A stretch of DNA of 56,494 nt from Octopus bimaculoides (GCF_001194135.2 NC_068996.1:8978353-9034846); one strand, 5' to 3'; shown: positions 1 to 12,389, counted from the stretch's first letter. Notes: generated by a model from the sequence alone, not told the origin. Translations and numbers: made by a program.

Positions 1-3
1 TAT

Positions 4-66
<63 letters not shown>
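1..66. repeat. (GATA)n microsatellite
   Basis: Uninterrupted TAGA/GATA tandem units from the window start. Confidence 0.97.
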
Positions 67-285
67 TATATACACACATACACAGAGCAAATTCCTGTAG
101 AAGTGGTTGAATGGCTTCTACTTGAAGTGACTTCAAATTTTAAATTGCTGGGGAAACCTTGACCATAAGGGTCAGTCTTTCAGATGTGTTACTTCTCTGA
201 ATGGTACCAGGATCTTAATGATTATGAAGTGAATACCCTAAACATTTTTCTCCATGCATTTTATTCCGGGTGTGTGGAAGATATA

Positions 286-383
286 CATACATACATCCAA
301 ACATACATACATCCAAACATACATATATATATGCATACATACATACATACATACACACACACATACATACATACACACACACG

Positions 384-415
<32 letters not shown>

Positions 416-432
416 TACATACATACATACAT
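286..432. repeat. Compound (CATA)n/(CA)n microsatellite
   Basis: Tandem CATA/CACA units; source of the YIHT/CVCM pseudo-ORFs. Confidence 0.95.
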
Positions 433-969
433 AACCCTGCTGCCAAGTAGGTGGCCAGTCAAAATTTACTCTAAAATTAAAAAGTAAGATAACATATAGA
501 TGCACACACACACAAACACACACACAATCATAGGCATAATCGTTTCAATGTCAACTTTCCTATGCTTGTCTGGGTCAGATGGAATTCATCGAGGAATTCT
601 AGTGTTTTATGACCCTTCCTGACTGATGCCAAACCTCATCCGTTTGCAAGTAAGGTAACATCTCCCTACTACTGCCAGACGTGCAAAACGGTAACTGTAT
701 TATAGTGACACTCATTTACAACCATCTTGTGATGTCAGGATAAAAGTGCACACACACACACAAGTGTGTATAGGTCGAACATCTAGAAGGAAGCCATTTT
801 GAATTCATTTCATACCCCCTTTGCCCTCTCGAGATGCCTGACAAGATATGTTCATTCTAGGAGTGTACGAATCAAACTGTTATTAAATATATGTAACTCC
901 TACCAAACGTGTTAAGTGCCACTTTCTTTTGTTCATTTATCCACTCACTTCTACATATGTATGTGTGTT

Positions 970-995
970 TATATATATATATATATATATATATA

Positions 996-1081
<86 letters not shown>
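970..1081. repeat. (TA)n microsatellite
   Basis: About 110 bp near-pure TA run. Confidence 0.97.
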
Positions 1082-1083
<2 letters not shown>

Positions 1084-1262
1084 CATCATCATCATCATCG
1101 TTTAATGTCCGCTTTCCATGCTAGCATGAGTTGGACGATTTGACTGAGGACTGGTGAAGCCAGATGGCTGCACCAGGCTCCAATCTGATCTGGCAGAGTT
1201 TCTACAGCTGGATGCCCTCCCTAACACCAACCACTCCAAGAGTGTAGTGGGCGCTTTTATAT
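1082..1262 (-). mobile_element. Family C retroposon 3' part with (GAT)n tail (young subfamily)
   Basis: (ATC)n followed by GTTTAATGTCCGCTTTCCATGCTAGCATG...CAGCTGGATGCCC; same block recurs at about 7632, 20300, 25192, 36688, 46292, 54055. Confidence 0.85.
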
Positions 1263-1782
1263 GTACGTACACACACACACACACACACGCACATATTTAT
1301 ATATATATATATATAAGTATATATTATGTTCCGAGTTCAAACACACATACATGGGGTACTCGTCTGTAAAAGTACTTACTATATATATATAGCACAAAAC
1401 AGGAAAGTGGATATTTTGTGGTATTATTTATGCTCCATTACATGTGTTTCATTTGCTAATAGGAATAGATTTACTAGTTATATAGACATGCAAGGCATTT
1501 CCTATTAGAAAATTTTCAGACGGAGAAAATTTTAGCAAGTGAGACACGTGGCACATATAATGGAGAATAAATGATACCAAAAAATTTCCATTTTCCTCTT
1601 TTGTTTATTATCCAACAACTCTGCAAATAATATTTCCATAATTCTCAATTTCAGTGTGCGTTATGATATACATACAACACTAACTATGGATACATATCGA
1701 TTGTGATAATGGAATAAGCAGATGTGCTTCAAGATGAAACTGTTGGGATTTACCCCCACGTTTTCTGATTCAACCTTTTTAG

Positions 1783-1968
1783 GCACAGGTGTGGCTGTGT
1801 GATAAGTAGCTTGCTTCCCAACCACATGGTTCCAGGTTCAGTCCCATTACATGCCTCCTTGGGTTAATGTCTTCTACTATAACCTTGGACCGACCAAAAC
1901 CTTGTGAGTGGATTTGGTAGATGAAAACTGAAATAAGCCCATCATATATATATATATATATATATATA
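1783..1968 (+). mobile_element. Family A tRNA-derived SINE, 5' half ending in (TA)n and a gap
   Basis: Head GTGGCTGTGTGATAAGTAGCTTGC...GGTTCAGTCCC, then ccttggg..gtcttctactat..ccttgtgagtggatttggtag; many paralogues in the window. Confidence 0.85.
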
Positions 1969-2537
1969 NNNNNNNNNNNNNNNNNNNNNNNNNNNNNNNN
2001 NNNNNNNNNNNNNNNNNNNNNNNNNNNNNNNNNNNNNNNNNNNNNNNNNNNNNNNNNNNNNNNNNNNNNNNNNNNNNNNNNNNNNNNNNNNNNNNNNNNN
2101 NNNNNNNNNNNNNNNNNNNNNNNNNNNNNNNNNNNNNNNNNNNNNNNNNNNNNNNNNNNNNNNNNNNNNNNNNNNNNNNNNNNNNNNNNNNNNNNNNNNN
2201 NNNNNNNNNNNNNNNNNNNNNNNNNNNNNNNNNNNNNNNNNNNNNNNNNNNNNNNNNNNNNNNNNNNNNNNNNATGTGAAAGCACGTGGTTGGATGTATA
2301 AAAGATAATAAGAGTGAAAAAACTACAGAAGGCTTGTGTTACATGGTTAAAGTATATATTTCAATTATGTCAGAAAAATGTTATAAAATTTTTTTGGTAT
2401 ATAAACATTGTATTTTGGAGAAATAACCGGTTTCGTGTTGTCTTTTCAAATTTCTCTACTTCATTGTAACATGTGTTTACTCCAGTGTACAAATATACAT
2501 ATATATATATGTTATAATATATATATATATATATTTA

Positions 2538-2748
2538 TGTGTCTGTGTTTCTCCTCCCCTCCCCCATTGCTTGACAACCGATGTTGGTGTGGTTTAGGTC
2601 TCCATAACTTAGCGGTTTGTTAAAAGACACCAGTAGAATAAGTACTAGACTTACAAGGAATAAGTCCTGGGGCTGATTTGTTCGACTAAAGGTGGTGCTC
2701 CAGCATGGCTGCAGTCAAATGTCTGAAACAAGTAAAAGAATAAAAGAA
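2538..2748 (+). mobile_element. Family A SINE, 3' half
   Basis: gcttgacaaccgatgttggtgtg...gaataagtactag...ggtgctccagcatggctgcagtcaaatg..aaacaagtaaaaga, matching other family A copies. Confidence 0.85.
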
Positions 2749-4427
2749 TATACATACATTCAGACATACAAACATACACAATGGAATTCCACTCAGTTTT
2801 AGTCTACAAATTCACTCACATGTCATTGGTCAGTCTGGGTCTATCTATAGTAGGAGATATTTCTCCAAGTTCTTGTGCAGTGGGACCAAACTTTTGAAGC
2901 CAATACGGTTGGGGAAGCAAGCTTCTTAATCACATGGTCATATCTGCAACATATTCAAAGAACTGACAAATTCTATGGAATCAGATACTACAGTCTTCTT
3001 GGGAGGAGGGGTAGGTAGACTCTGGCTGAGATATAAGGACATACCTAAACAATGTGGAGACCCCATTTCCTTCCTCCTGGGAGCTTCGTACTCACAGCTG
3101 GATCACAGCAGCCGAGGGCATGAGCCATGGGGAAGATTAGTTAACTTGTGATACTATGACTTGCAACATTTCATATGGACAGTCATCAGTGACTAATGAT
3201 GGTCTATTTATGATGATATATGAATATACAAACATGTATGTGTGTGTATGTATATATATATATATANNNNNNNNNNNNNNNNNNNNNNNNNNNNNNNNNN
3301 NNNNNNNNNNNNNNNNNNNNNNNNNNNNNNNNNNNNNNNNNNNNNNNNNNNNNNNNNNNNNNNNNNTATATATATATATACATATACATATATATGTATA
3401 TGTATATATATATATAATATATATATATACATATATATATATTCTGCGTGTGTATTTATATATTCACATGCACATGTATACATATTTATGCTTACCAATA
3501 TAGTATAACTTACACATTGTTGCATACGTACGGTGTGTGTGTGTGTATGTAATTTTTTTGTTTCTGTGTTTACACAAACATTTATATGTATATGTGTACA
3601 TCTGTGTATATACGTTGATGTGAGCATCTGTGTATGTGCATACACACATACACATCTACATGTCTGTGTGTGTGTGTTTGAGTTCTTACTTATACATCTG
3701 TGTCTGTTTTGTTAGAGAGACAGGTTGTATAGTTAATTAATGTTGGAGTCAGAAAAGAATAGCAGTGGATATGATATACAGGACAGTGTGAGTGTGTGTA
3801 TGTGTTATATCAACTACTTCCCTCCTACCTGACACCTTTTCAACTACTTAACAATATCTGTACAGATTTGTCTCCATGATCAGTGCATGCTTAGAGTGGT
3901 GGGCGGTGCCACTGGAATTCCCCAGAGATTTGGCTTTTTTCTCTCTCTCTCTCTCTTTCCATTCTTCTTTCTTTTTCTTAATTCATCTGCTGTTAGCTTA
4001 ACTCATTTTGTTGAGAACTAAATATCACTTAATAACCATCACAACACTCTTCCTTCTACTAGCTAGTTAATTCACTTCATAAAACAAGCAAGGCTTACAT
4101 ATTTTTTGTTTTTGTTTTACCTACTTCCATATTCTTTTTCCTTCTCTCTCTCTCTCTCTCTCATCCATCCTCACCTTAATTTTATTTTTCCTCTTTCCTC
4201 CCTGTCTAACTTCAGTTATTTAGCTTTTCTTTTCGTTGGCTTGTTAATTATCATCAGGCAAAACTGCTTTGCAGCATTTTCTTCCAGACTTTGCTACATT
4301 CTAAGTTCATATCCCACCAAGGTCACCGTTACCTTTCATACTACAGGGATTGACAAAATAAAGTACCAGTTAAAGACTGAGATAAATTCAACCAATTGAC
4401 CCCCTTGTGCCTATAGCAGAAAGGTTT

Positions 4428-5143
4428 GATACTGAGTTGGCAGAATTGCTAGCATGCTGAGAAAAATGCTTTGTGGTATTTCATCGTCTTTTATGTTCTG
4501 AATTCAGATTCTGCCATGATCGACTTGGCCTTTCATCCTTTTGGGATTGATAAATTAAGTACCAGTCAAGCACTGGGACAATGTGATTGACTATCCCCCT
4601 CTCTTCAAAGTCCAGGCCTTGTGCTTATAGTAGAAAGGATTATTATTATTGATTGTAAGTTGATGAATTAGTAGAATTGTTAGCATGCCAGACAAAATGT
4701 TTTGCATCATTTCTTTTGGTTTTAGCTTCTGAATTTAAATTCAAATGAGATCAATTTTGTCTTTCAGCCTTTTTTGTTTTAAGGGGGTGGGGGTGGGGTG
4801 GGGGCTGATGAAATAAAGTGTCAGTCAAACCCTGGTGTTGATATAATTGACTATTTCTCTCCCTCCCAAAATTTCAAACCTTGTACCTATAGTAGAAAGA
4901 ATTATTATTATTTTTGTAAGGCGGTGAGCTGACAGAATCGTTAGTACACCGGACGAAATGCTTAGTGGAATTTCGTCTGCCCTCATGTCCTGAGTTCAAA
5001 TGCCACCTGGGTCAACTTTGCCCTGCATCCTTTCGGGGTCGATAAACTAAGTTCCAGTTACGCACTGGGGTTGATGTAATCGACTCATCCCCAATCCCCC
5101 CAAAATTTCAGGCCTTGTGCCGATAGTAGAAAGGATTATTATT
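4428..5143 (+). mobile_element. Three head-to-tail family D SINEs with (ATT)n tails
   Basis: Repeated unit ggcggtgagctggcagaatcgttag...gagttcaaat...gactttgcctttcatcc..ggggtcgataaa..aagtaccag...ggccttgtgcctatagtagaaaggattatt at about 4428, 4655 and 4918. Confidence 0.85.
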
Positions 5144-5313
5144 ACCTCTACTTTAGCAATGGCAGAGGTATTCTTTTCAGTCATGTTTGTTTGTTTGTCC
5201 CTGGACAAGATATCTCAAGAACCGGTGGATGAATTCGGATGAAACTTTCAGTGACGTTTGACCTCTTGACTGGTTAGATTTTGGGATTGATCCAGTACTA
5301 GACAAGGATTCTG
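5140..5313 (+). mobile_element. Helentron-type non-autonomous element (HINE-like), 5' part
   Basis: tattacctctactttagcaatggcagaggtattcttttcagtcatgtttgtttg...caaggattctg is the reverse complement of the right half of the complete copy at 48021-48365. Confidence 0.65.
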
Positions 5314-5932
5314 TTATGTTTACATGAAGTATTATGATCTTATGTTGACTTTCAAGTCTTTCTCTGATTATTCCCTTTGAAAGCATGCTCATAGTTTCCA
5401 TGTAAGTTATGGCGGCATTGCTGTTTCCAAAGTTTTATTTCCGTTTCTCTCTTATTAATTTTACTTGTGTCTATCTTCGTAGAAACTGATGGATAAAGAA
5501 ATCAAACTGCATAAACAAACCGTTCAGTAATTAAATAACATTAACATATTCAGTAACAATGATAAATTTAATTTATCCTCAACAGTTTTTAGTTTTACCA
5601 ATTTTTAATATATCGCTCCTGTTTAAAACCTCTTACCTACTTGACAACTGCATTTCTAGCTCTGCCTTGAAGGAAGCTTTACTTCTTGGAGTCTTGTTTT
5701 TGTGTGCAACGATGTTGTTTAACCTCCGTTAGCAGCACCGTGTGCAGGTCCTTTCCATTTTATTTCACGCACGCATAAATTTTTCACTATAGACCTTAAT
5801 GGTCGTAAAGACAGTGGATAGACTAAAAAAAGGCCTTCATAGAGAAAACTGTCCCTGTTCCCACTGCAGACGACACACACACGACATTACAAACATGGCC
5901 CACACACCCACCATCACATTCCATGATTACCA

Positions 5933-6138
5933 TTGGGATCGATTGGGTACCAGACAAAGATTCTGGATTATTTTTCCTGTTTTAATTTTTGAGAATGGTC
6001 AGGTTCATTTTTAGTATACTCGTTTGTGAGAGCAGTCGAGTTTATTTCAGATATTCTCATTTTAAAAATCATCTCCAGCTAATTGTTGAGAGGACGTTGG
6101 TGTTGCCTTGGCGGAGGTTTGTGCTCTCTGAGTGCTTT
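5933..6138 (+). mobile_element. Helentron-type non-autonomous element (HINE-like), 3' part
   Basis: Ends in CCTTGGCGGAGG (sub-terminal inverted repeat) plus gtgctctctgagtgc hairpin and a T run; matches the left half of the 48021-48365 copy in reverse complement. Confidence 0.7.
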
Positions 6139-6259
6139 TGTTACTGTATTAGTGGTTGGTGTGTTGGCAGTGTTATTGCCATATGTTCCCAGGAATTATT
6201 TTGCTTGTCATTACTATATATATATGTGTGTATGTCTGTGTGTGTGTGTTCCCCATTTT

Positions 6260-6426
6260 CACACTACATACGTCAAGATCACCAGCATTCTATCTCCCAC
6301 ACACAGCCCCTCGTTCTTCGATCACCGTTTGTTATCTCCCCCTTTTCTTAGCTCTCCTGAAAAAAGAATTTCTAACTTCCGGTCAGCCATTGTTATGATC
6401 CGCCATTGTTATGATTGATCGTTGAC
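6260..6426 (-). promoter_or_regulatory. Putative housekeeping-type promoter / 5' end (ETS-like CCGGAAGT and YY1-like AATGGCGG on the minus strand)
   Basis: Seven CpGs in about 165 bp in an otherwise CpG-poor window; ACTTCCGG at 6375-6382 and CCGCCATT at 6400-6407. No transcript evidence. Confidence 0.35.
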
Positions 6427-6870
6427 NNNNNNNNNNTATTGTGTGTTTAAAGTTTGATGTTTTGCCAGTTCAGACTGTAAAGTGAGATGAGTTGAGTGAA
6501 TTTCTAAAACAAATCAATCAGAATAAAAAATGTGATTTGGGTTGGGGGTGCAGTGCAGGGAGCAATAAATAAATAAATATATGAATAAAAAAATAATAAA
6601 AGACCAGGTGGAGTAAGGGGCAGGGGTAAATAGCTCCGATCTGCCTTCTCCCTCCTCCAACCTCAGCTCCTCTGCACTGGTATTTAAAATAATCATAATC
6701 ATGTTAAAGAAATTACACGCTGGTTGCATATAATGCAATTATTGAATATAATGTGATATTGATTCCTTTTTGACAAGGTACAATACCAAATTTTTATAGC
6801 AGGGGTCAAGATAGTCAATTGAATTGATGACCCCCTAGGAATAATTACTCTTTCATTTTTTTTAATTTAA

Positions 6871-6901
<31 letters not shown>

Positions 6902-6947
6902 TTTCCAGTATCAATCCTAAAGTAGTGGAAAGGTAAAATTCATACAG

Positions 6948-6949
<2 letters not shown>

Positions 6950-7031
<82 letters not shown>
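6950..7031. repeat. (TC)n microsatellite
   Basis: About 80 bp CT run. Confidence 0.97.
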
Positions 7032-7033
<2 letters not shown>

Positions 7034-7631
7034 TTTGAACTTTTCCACAGAATAAATGATAATGTGATATTTGGCAAAATTATTATTATTATTGGAAAAG
7101 GCAAAAAAAAAATTTGTTTTACTTTTGACGTTTTTTTTTTTTTTGCAACCTTTCATTAATTATTTTGTTTACAGTATTTTCCCGTTAAGGACTGTTGAGT
7201 TGCAGATAACAGTTGAATATCGAACAAAATGACTTGCTATATTGCAATCTTAGTTCAAATTTTACTCTGGGGAGAGATGGAGGGAGGGAGGGCTGGAGCG
7301 GAGGTCGACTTTGCCGTTTTGTTTTTTTAATCTTTCATGAGTGGTAGGCCATTAAATAAAATAGACTCCCACTCATGCTCAAATAGTAGAGTTGATAAAA
7401 TGAAGTCCCACTCAAGTATTGGAGGTGATTTTTATAAAGCATCATTTGAAATAAGGGTAGCAGTCAATAAAACAAAGTACCAGTTAAATACTAGGGTTGG
7501 AGGTAGATAGTATCTACGACTATACTGCTTCTACTACCACTACTGAGAGCTCCATTCTGGTGATGATTAAGTGATAGAGTGGACTATATTACTCGCTCCC
7601 CCACCACCAAATGTGTCACTTTGTGCCTAAT

Positions 7632-7940
7632 CATCATCATCATCATTTAACATCCGTTGTCTGTGCTGGCATGGGTTGGACGGTTTGACTAGGCTTCCAT
7701 GAAAGCTCCAGTCTGATATGGCATGGTTTTCTGTGACTGGATGCCCTTCCTAACACCTGCCATTCCGAGAGTGTAATGGATGCTTTTACATACCATCGTC
7801 ACAAGATGCCATTTGCATGACACCGGTATCTGCCATGACTGCAATTTTGCTCAGGTTGATGGGTCTTCTTCTCAAGGACAACATAATGCCAAAGGTCTTG
7901 GTCATTGCCTCCATGGGGCCCAACACATGAAAGGAATTCA
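7632..7940 (-). mobile_element. Family C retroposon, longer copy
   Basis: (CAT)n tail + catccgttgtctgtgctggcatgggttggacgg...ggatgcccttcctaacacc, extended 5' region to about 7940. Confidence 0.75.
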
Positions 7941-7942
7941 GC

Positions 7943-8266
7943 CACCTCACCTCCGAGAAGAATGTCATTGAAATTGCCGGTTTCCCAGACTTCAGGAGGG
8001 ATGTCATCCAATCCTGCAGCCTATCAGTTTTTAGTCTTCCTCAGTACGACTTCAAGTTCTTCTATTGAGAGGGGACCCTGCTTGATATCCAGGACCTCCT
8101 CAACAATACAATGGATCCGTTGGTTTGATGTATTTGATGATTTTCTAAGAAGGTTTTGAAAATGGTCTTTCCACTTCCTCAGTTTCTTCTGTAGGCTAGA
8201 GGCCTTCAACTTCGCTTTGGAGGATTTTTTCTGACCACTCTCTTCATTTACTGTCTGCCTCGCCAA
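7943..8266 (-). mobile_element. Decayed RTE-clade LINE ORF2 fragment (endonuclease-RT linker)
   Basis: One frame reads KLRKWKDHFQNLL...DIKQGPLSIEELEVVLRKTKN**AAGLDDIPPEVWETGNFNDILL, the typical 'W.EHF..LL...KAAG.D.IPPE' segment, with two in-frame stops. Confidence 0.85.
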
Positions 8267-8531
8267 GGAAGACTGTTAATTGCTGTGTTTTTGATTTTGT
8301 CGATTTAAATAGGAAAACAAAGTCGCTGAAACAACTTAATGTATTATATCAAATATATCAAATGGAACAGCAAAAATACTTTCATTGAATTGGTGCCCAT
8401 AAAAGCTTATATATATGTGTGTGTGTAACTATATATATATNNNNNNNNNNNNNNNNNNNNNNNNNNNNNNNNNNNNNNNNNNNNNNNNNNNNNNNNNNNN
8501 NNNNNNNNNNNNNNNNNNNNNNNNNNNNNNN

Positions 8532-8834
8532 GTACTTATTCCATCGGTCTCCTCTGCCTAACCGCCAAGTCACGAGGACGCAAACACACCACCATCGGCT
8601 GTCAAACGATGTTGGGGGGACCAACACAAACACACACACATACACACACACATATATGCATATACATATATACGACGGGCTTCTTTCAGTTTCCATCTAC
8701 CAAATCCACTCACAAGGCTTTGGTCGGCCCGAGGCTATAGTAGAAGACACTTGCCTGAAGTGCCATGCAGTGGGACTGAACCCGGAACCATGTGGTTGGT
8801 AAGCAAGCTACTTACCACAGCCATTCCTACGCCT
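8532..8834 (-). mobile_element. Family A SINE
   Basis: Reverse complement of both family A halves joined by a CA/TA microsatellite; starts at a gap. Confidence 0.9.
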
Positions 8835-9258
8835 ATATACACACACATACATAACTATTAAATATATGATTTAAATTATCAAACAGAGTTCAACAAGTTT
8901 GTTCATAATTACATAAATGGAGGAGATTAGATGTTAACATGGATAATTGTTTTTATTCATGTAGCTATACAATTGTTTCATACAGAACGACAAGAAATTC
9001 ATACTTAAGAATCTGAATTGTCATAAAGTACCTGCCGGTAGCTGGAAAAAGAACTACTAAAAAGACATTAGAAATTACATAGGTGTGGTGTTATTAATCA
9101 TTTTGTAATGTGTTTTTGTTCTTGGAGTCATGTCTATTTATAAAAATTTCTTTACTAATCACAGCTGTCTGAAGGGTTATATGAAACTCTGAGTAACAAT
9201 TTGTGGATTTTTTGTCAGCTTCAATGAAATAGTGTATCTATGTACAGATAGTGTAGTG

Positions 9259-9925
9259 CAGAGGTTCTAAAACTTCTTGGGCCACCGCCCTCCTCATAGC
9301 TACATAATAACCCTCAGTGCCCCCATGTCTCAATAACTATTTCGCATTTTTACTAATTTATATATACTATGGTGGAGGCGCAATGGCCCAGTGGTTAGAG
9401 CAGCGGACTTGTGGTCATAGGATCGCGGTTTCTATTCCCAGACAGGGCGTCATGAGTGTTTATTGAGCGAAAACACCTAAAGCTCCATGAGGCTCCGGCA
9501 GGGGATGGTGGCGAACCCTGCTGTACTCTTCCACCACAACTCTCTCTCACTCTTTCTCCTGTTTCTGTTGTGCCTGTAATTCAAAGGGTCAGCCTTGTCA
9601 CACTGTGCCACGCTGAATATCCCAGAGAAGTACATTAAAAGTACACGTGTCTGTTAATTTAACTGGAACCCTCGACATCGCAAGCGATTGAGTGCCAATA
9701 ACAACAACAACATATATACTCTGAATCATTTGATATTTGATATAATATTATATAATTTGTATGCAATACTATAATGATATTATAATAAATTCATCGCATC
9801 CTCAATCCACTGCCTTCCTCCCAACGCCTCCTTTTTCTCTACCGCCCCCTTAGGCACCAGCACCCACCCGGACCATCTCAATGCCCACGGGAGGAGTGGG
9901 GTAGCGCCCACTTTGAGAACCTATG
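9259..9925. mobile_element. hAT-type MITE containing a nested SINE
   Basis: TIRs CAGAGGTTCTAAAACT / ACTTTGAGAACCTATG; 8-bp flanks GTGTAGTG (9251-9258) and CTGTAGTG (9926-9933), 7/8 identical. Confidence 0.75.
9371..9711 (+). mobile_element. Family B tRNA-derived SINE with (AAC)n tail
   Basis: A-box TGGCCCAGTGG, B-box-like GGTTTCTATTCC, shared 3' body with 16880-17280; flanked by ATATATACT direct repeats. Confidence 0.9.
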
Positions 9926-10689
9926 CTGTAGTGCCTGAAATTCTAGTCCTTTAAGTCACAAATATAGCATTACAATCAGATACATCACACCCTCAAACAC
10001 ACACTGAGGGTTTTCCTTTGAAAAATATTTCATATTTTATCTTTTCTTTCTTAGTCACGTCAGTCCTCAATGATAATTCGAAAATAAAGTTATTTATTTA
10101 TTTATTTTTGCCTTGTTGGCATGTGAGCTGGTTTAGTTTATTATAAGTACAGGTGATTGCCAGATTGTACAGGTGGCTGTGAAAGGACCCCTCNNNNNNN
10201 NNNNNNNNNNNNNNNNNNNNNNNNNNNNNNNNNNNNNNNNNNNNNNNNNNNNNNNNNNNNNNNNNNNNNNNNNNNNNNNNNNNNNNNNNNNNNNNNNNNN
10301 NNNNNNNNNNNNNNCCCAAGAGATAGTATACCCTGATGGGTCTCTCCATTCAGTCAGTCAGTAGCTAATGTTTTTTTTTCTTTCTTTTTCTTTTTTTATT
10401 CTTTTGTTGATGTTGGTTAAAATATGTTATTTCAGCTCATTTGTAACCTTTTTCCTGTTGAAATATCTGACCTGGAATTATTTTCTTTGTTGCCTCAAGT
10501 CATATAACTTCCACATTTTGTCATCTGTTTTTTTTCGGTGGGGGGGGGGTATTGTTTGAGTATATATTTTTTTAATCATATTTAAATTTTATAGGGGTCT
10601 TTTTTTTTCTTATTGTTGTCTTGTTAACTTCTTCAGATTGATGTGTAAAGTGGGGAAAGAGGAGAGATGGTCAAAATGTTGTAGTGTTT

Positions 10690-10915
10690 GTGTGGGGGTG
10701 GGGACAGAGAAAGAGAGAGTGGAGATAAAAAGAAAGACAGAGTGGAGACAAAAAGAGAGAGAGAGAGAGAAAGAGAGGGGACAGACAGAAAGAGAGAGGA
10801 AGACAGATAGAAAGAGAGAGAGGAGGACAGACAGAAAGTGAGAAGGGGACAGATAGAAAGAGAGAGGAGGACAGATAGAAAGAGAGAGAGGGGGACAGGT
10901 AGAGAGAGCAGAGAT
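10690..10915. repeat. Purine-rich compound GAGA/GACA/GATA repeat
   Basis: Repeated GACAGATAGAAAGAGAGAGGAG-like units. Confidence 0.85.
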
Positions 10916-11129
10916 AAATGTTGCCTTTAACATATTTTTAGAGCACCTTTTTAGATGCCTTGACTAATCTGTTCTTGTTGTTTAGCTCCCGGTCAGACTT
11001 GTTCTAGCAAACCTGTGATCATCTATTTCTAGAATCGTCTATTTTTAAAGTCATCCTCAAGGTCAAAGGTGTTTTAGTGTCGCTCACTAAAAACCTGTGT
11101 CAACCGTTCAATCGTTATCTACTTTTTAC

Positions 11130-11870
11130 TGAATATGAATGATTATTATACCACTTTGAATGTCCATTCCAGAACAACCCAAATATTGTCTAGAATATTG
11201 ACCTACTGTCTGTACAAGGTCACAGGCAATCTACATCCCTATAGGACTTTCTGAATGGCATGCCTAACAGAAACTTACTTTGGATTTTTTAGAAGTGCGG
11301 CCTGCCCTGATGACAAGTCATATCTTATGTGGCTTAATCTTCAAAAAGGGTTGTTCATACCTGGGTTAGTATATATAGATCTATAGAGACATTTTTTTAT
11401 TTATGCGCCCTTTTAAAGCCTAGCCAGGCTCATGGGCTCGGTTTCCTGGTTTCTATGGCGTATGTGTTGCCCCCCCCCCCCAGCTGGATGGGACGCCAGT
11501 CCATCGCAGCTTTACCCAAGTAACAGGAAGAAAGACTGAGAGAAAGTTGGGGCAAAAGAGTACAACAGGGTTCGCCACCATCCCCTGCTGGAGCCTCGTG
11601 GAGCTTTAAGTGTTTTCACTCAATAAACACACACAACGCCCGGTCTGGGAATCGAAACCGCGATCCTCCGACCGCAAGTCCGCTGCCCTAACCACTGGGC
11701 CATTGTACCTCCCTATAGAGACATACAACTAGACTAATCTCTTCCGTCAACCAGTCATCATATCATAAATGGTTTGCCTTTCTGAGCATCGACACACTAA
11801 AACTTTGACAACTAGCAGCTAACTTGATTGAAACCCTCAAGATTATCTATCATTTCCAACCACGACTTGT
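11130..11870 (+). mobile_element. Decayed CR1-like LINE, RT C-terminal region, interrupted by a SINE
   Basis: Translates to NPNIV*NIDLLSVQ before and SYHKWFAFLSIDTLKL*QLAANLIETLKIIYH after the SINE, resembling the CR1 'W.PY...DID.LE.VQRR' and 'SY..RL..L.L..LE.RRL..DLIET.KI' motifs. Confidence 0.5.
11393..11712 (-). mobile_element. SINE with family B head and a different (V-domain-like) 3' part
   Basis: Head matches family B; 3' part has CTGCGATGGACTGGCGTCCCATCCAG; perfect 12-bp TSD CTATAGAGACAT at 11381-11392 and 11713-11724. Confidence 0.85.
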
Positions 11871-11886
11871 GCCACTTTTTTGAGTT

Positions 11887-12389
11887 TATCCCTTTAGCAT
11901 TTAAACTTGTCATATCTGGTCTAAAAATTCTACCTGTTTTATAATCAAAATGGCCAGATCTGGCCTCTCACACCTCCCCTACAATGTCATTTGAAAACTA
12001 AACAGACACCAAAATGTCTAAACCAGTACCACATAAAAAGTACCCCTGTCAGTGCCATGTAAGAACTCGTACCAGTGTCATGTATAAAGCACCAGTGCTG
12101 ATGCTATGTAACAGCACTGGTGTTAGTGCTGCCATGTAAAAAGCACTCAGTACCTTCCTTAACGTGGTTGGCATTTGGGAAGGGCATCCAGCCATAGAAA
12201 CCAAGCCAAAACAAACAACTGGAACTTGGTGCAGTTCTGCAGCTGGCCAGCTTCTCTCAAACCATTCTGCCCATGCCAACATTGGAGGATGGACATTAAA
12301 TGATGATAAGATAATGCATGATTAATTCAAAACAAGGTAAATAAACAAGCATTAAATTTGATAGAGTAATCTGAATGTTAAAGGGTTAA
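11887..12389. mobile_element. TTAA-type MITE (family E) with nested family C insertion (about 12045-12310)
   Basis: Ends TTATCCCTTTAGCATT and AATGTTAAAGGGTTAA; body matches 12908-13157 and 40355-40578. Confidence 0.8.

Noticed and set aside
2415-2475. CGAAACCGGTT on the minus strand, hammerhead/Penelope-like
   Set aside because: The GAAA box and palindromic ACCGGT are present, but the CUGANGA box reads CAATGA and no stem II forms; at most a dead relic.
3096-3130. Minus-strand MAHALGCCDPA followed by a GTGAGT donor
   Set aside because: Weak acceptor, an in-frame stop just upstream, and it does not join in frame to the 5637 donor.
9371-9450. tRNA-like sequences here and at 14002, 17200-17280, 42390, 55537, 56380
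   Set aside because: They have A/B boxes but run straight into repeat bodies and lack a complete cloverleaf; they are SINE heads, not tRNA genes.
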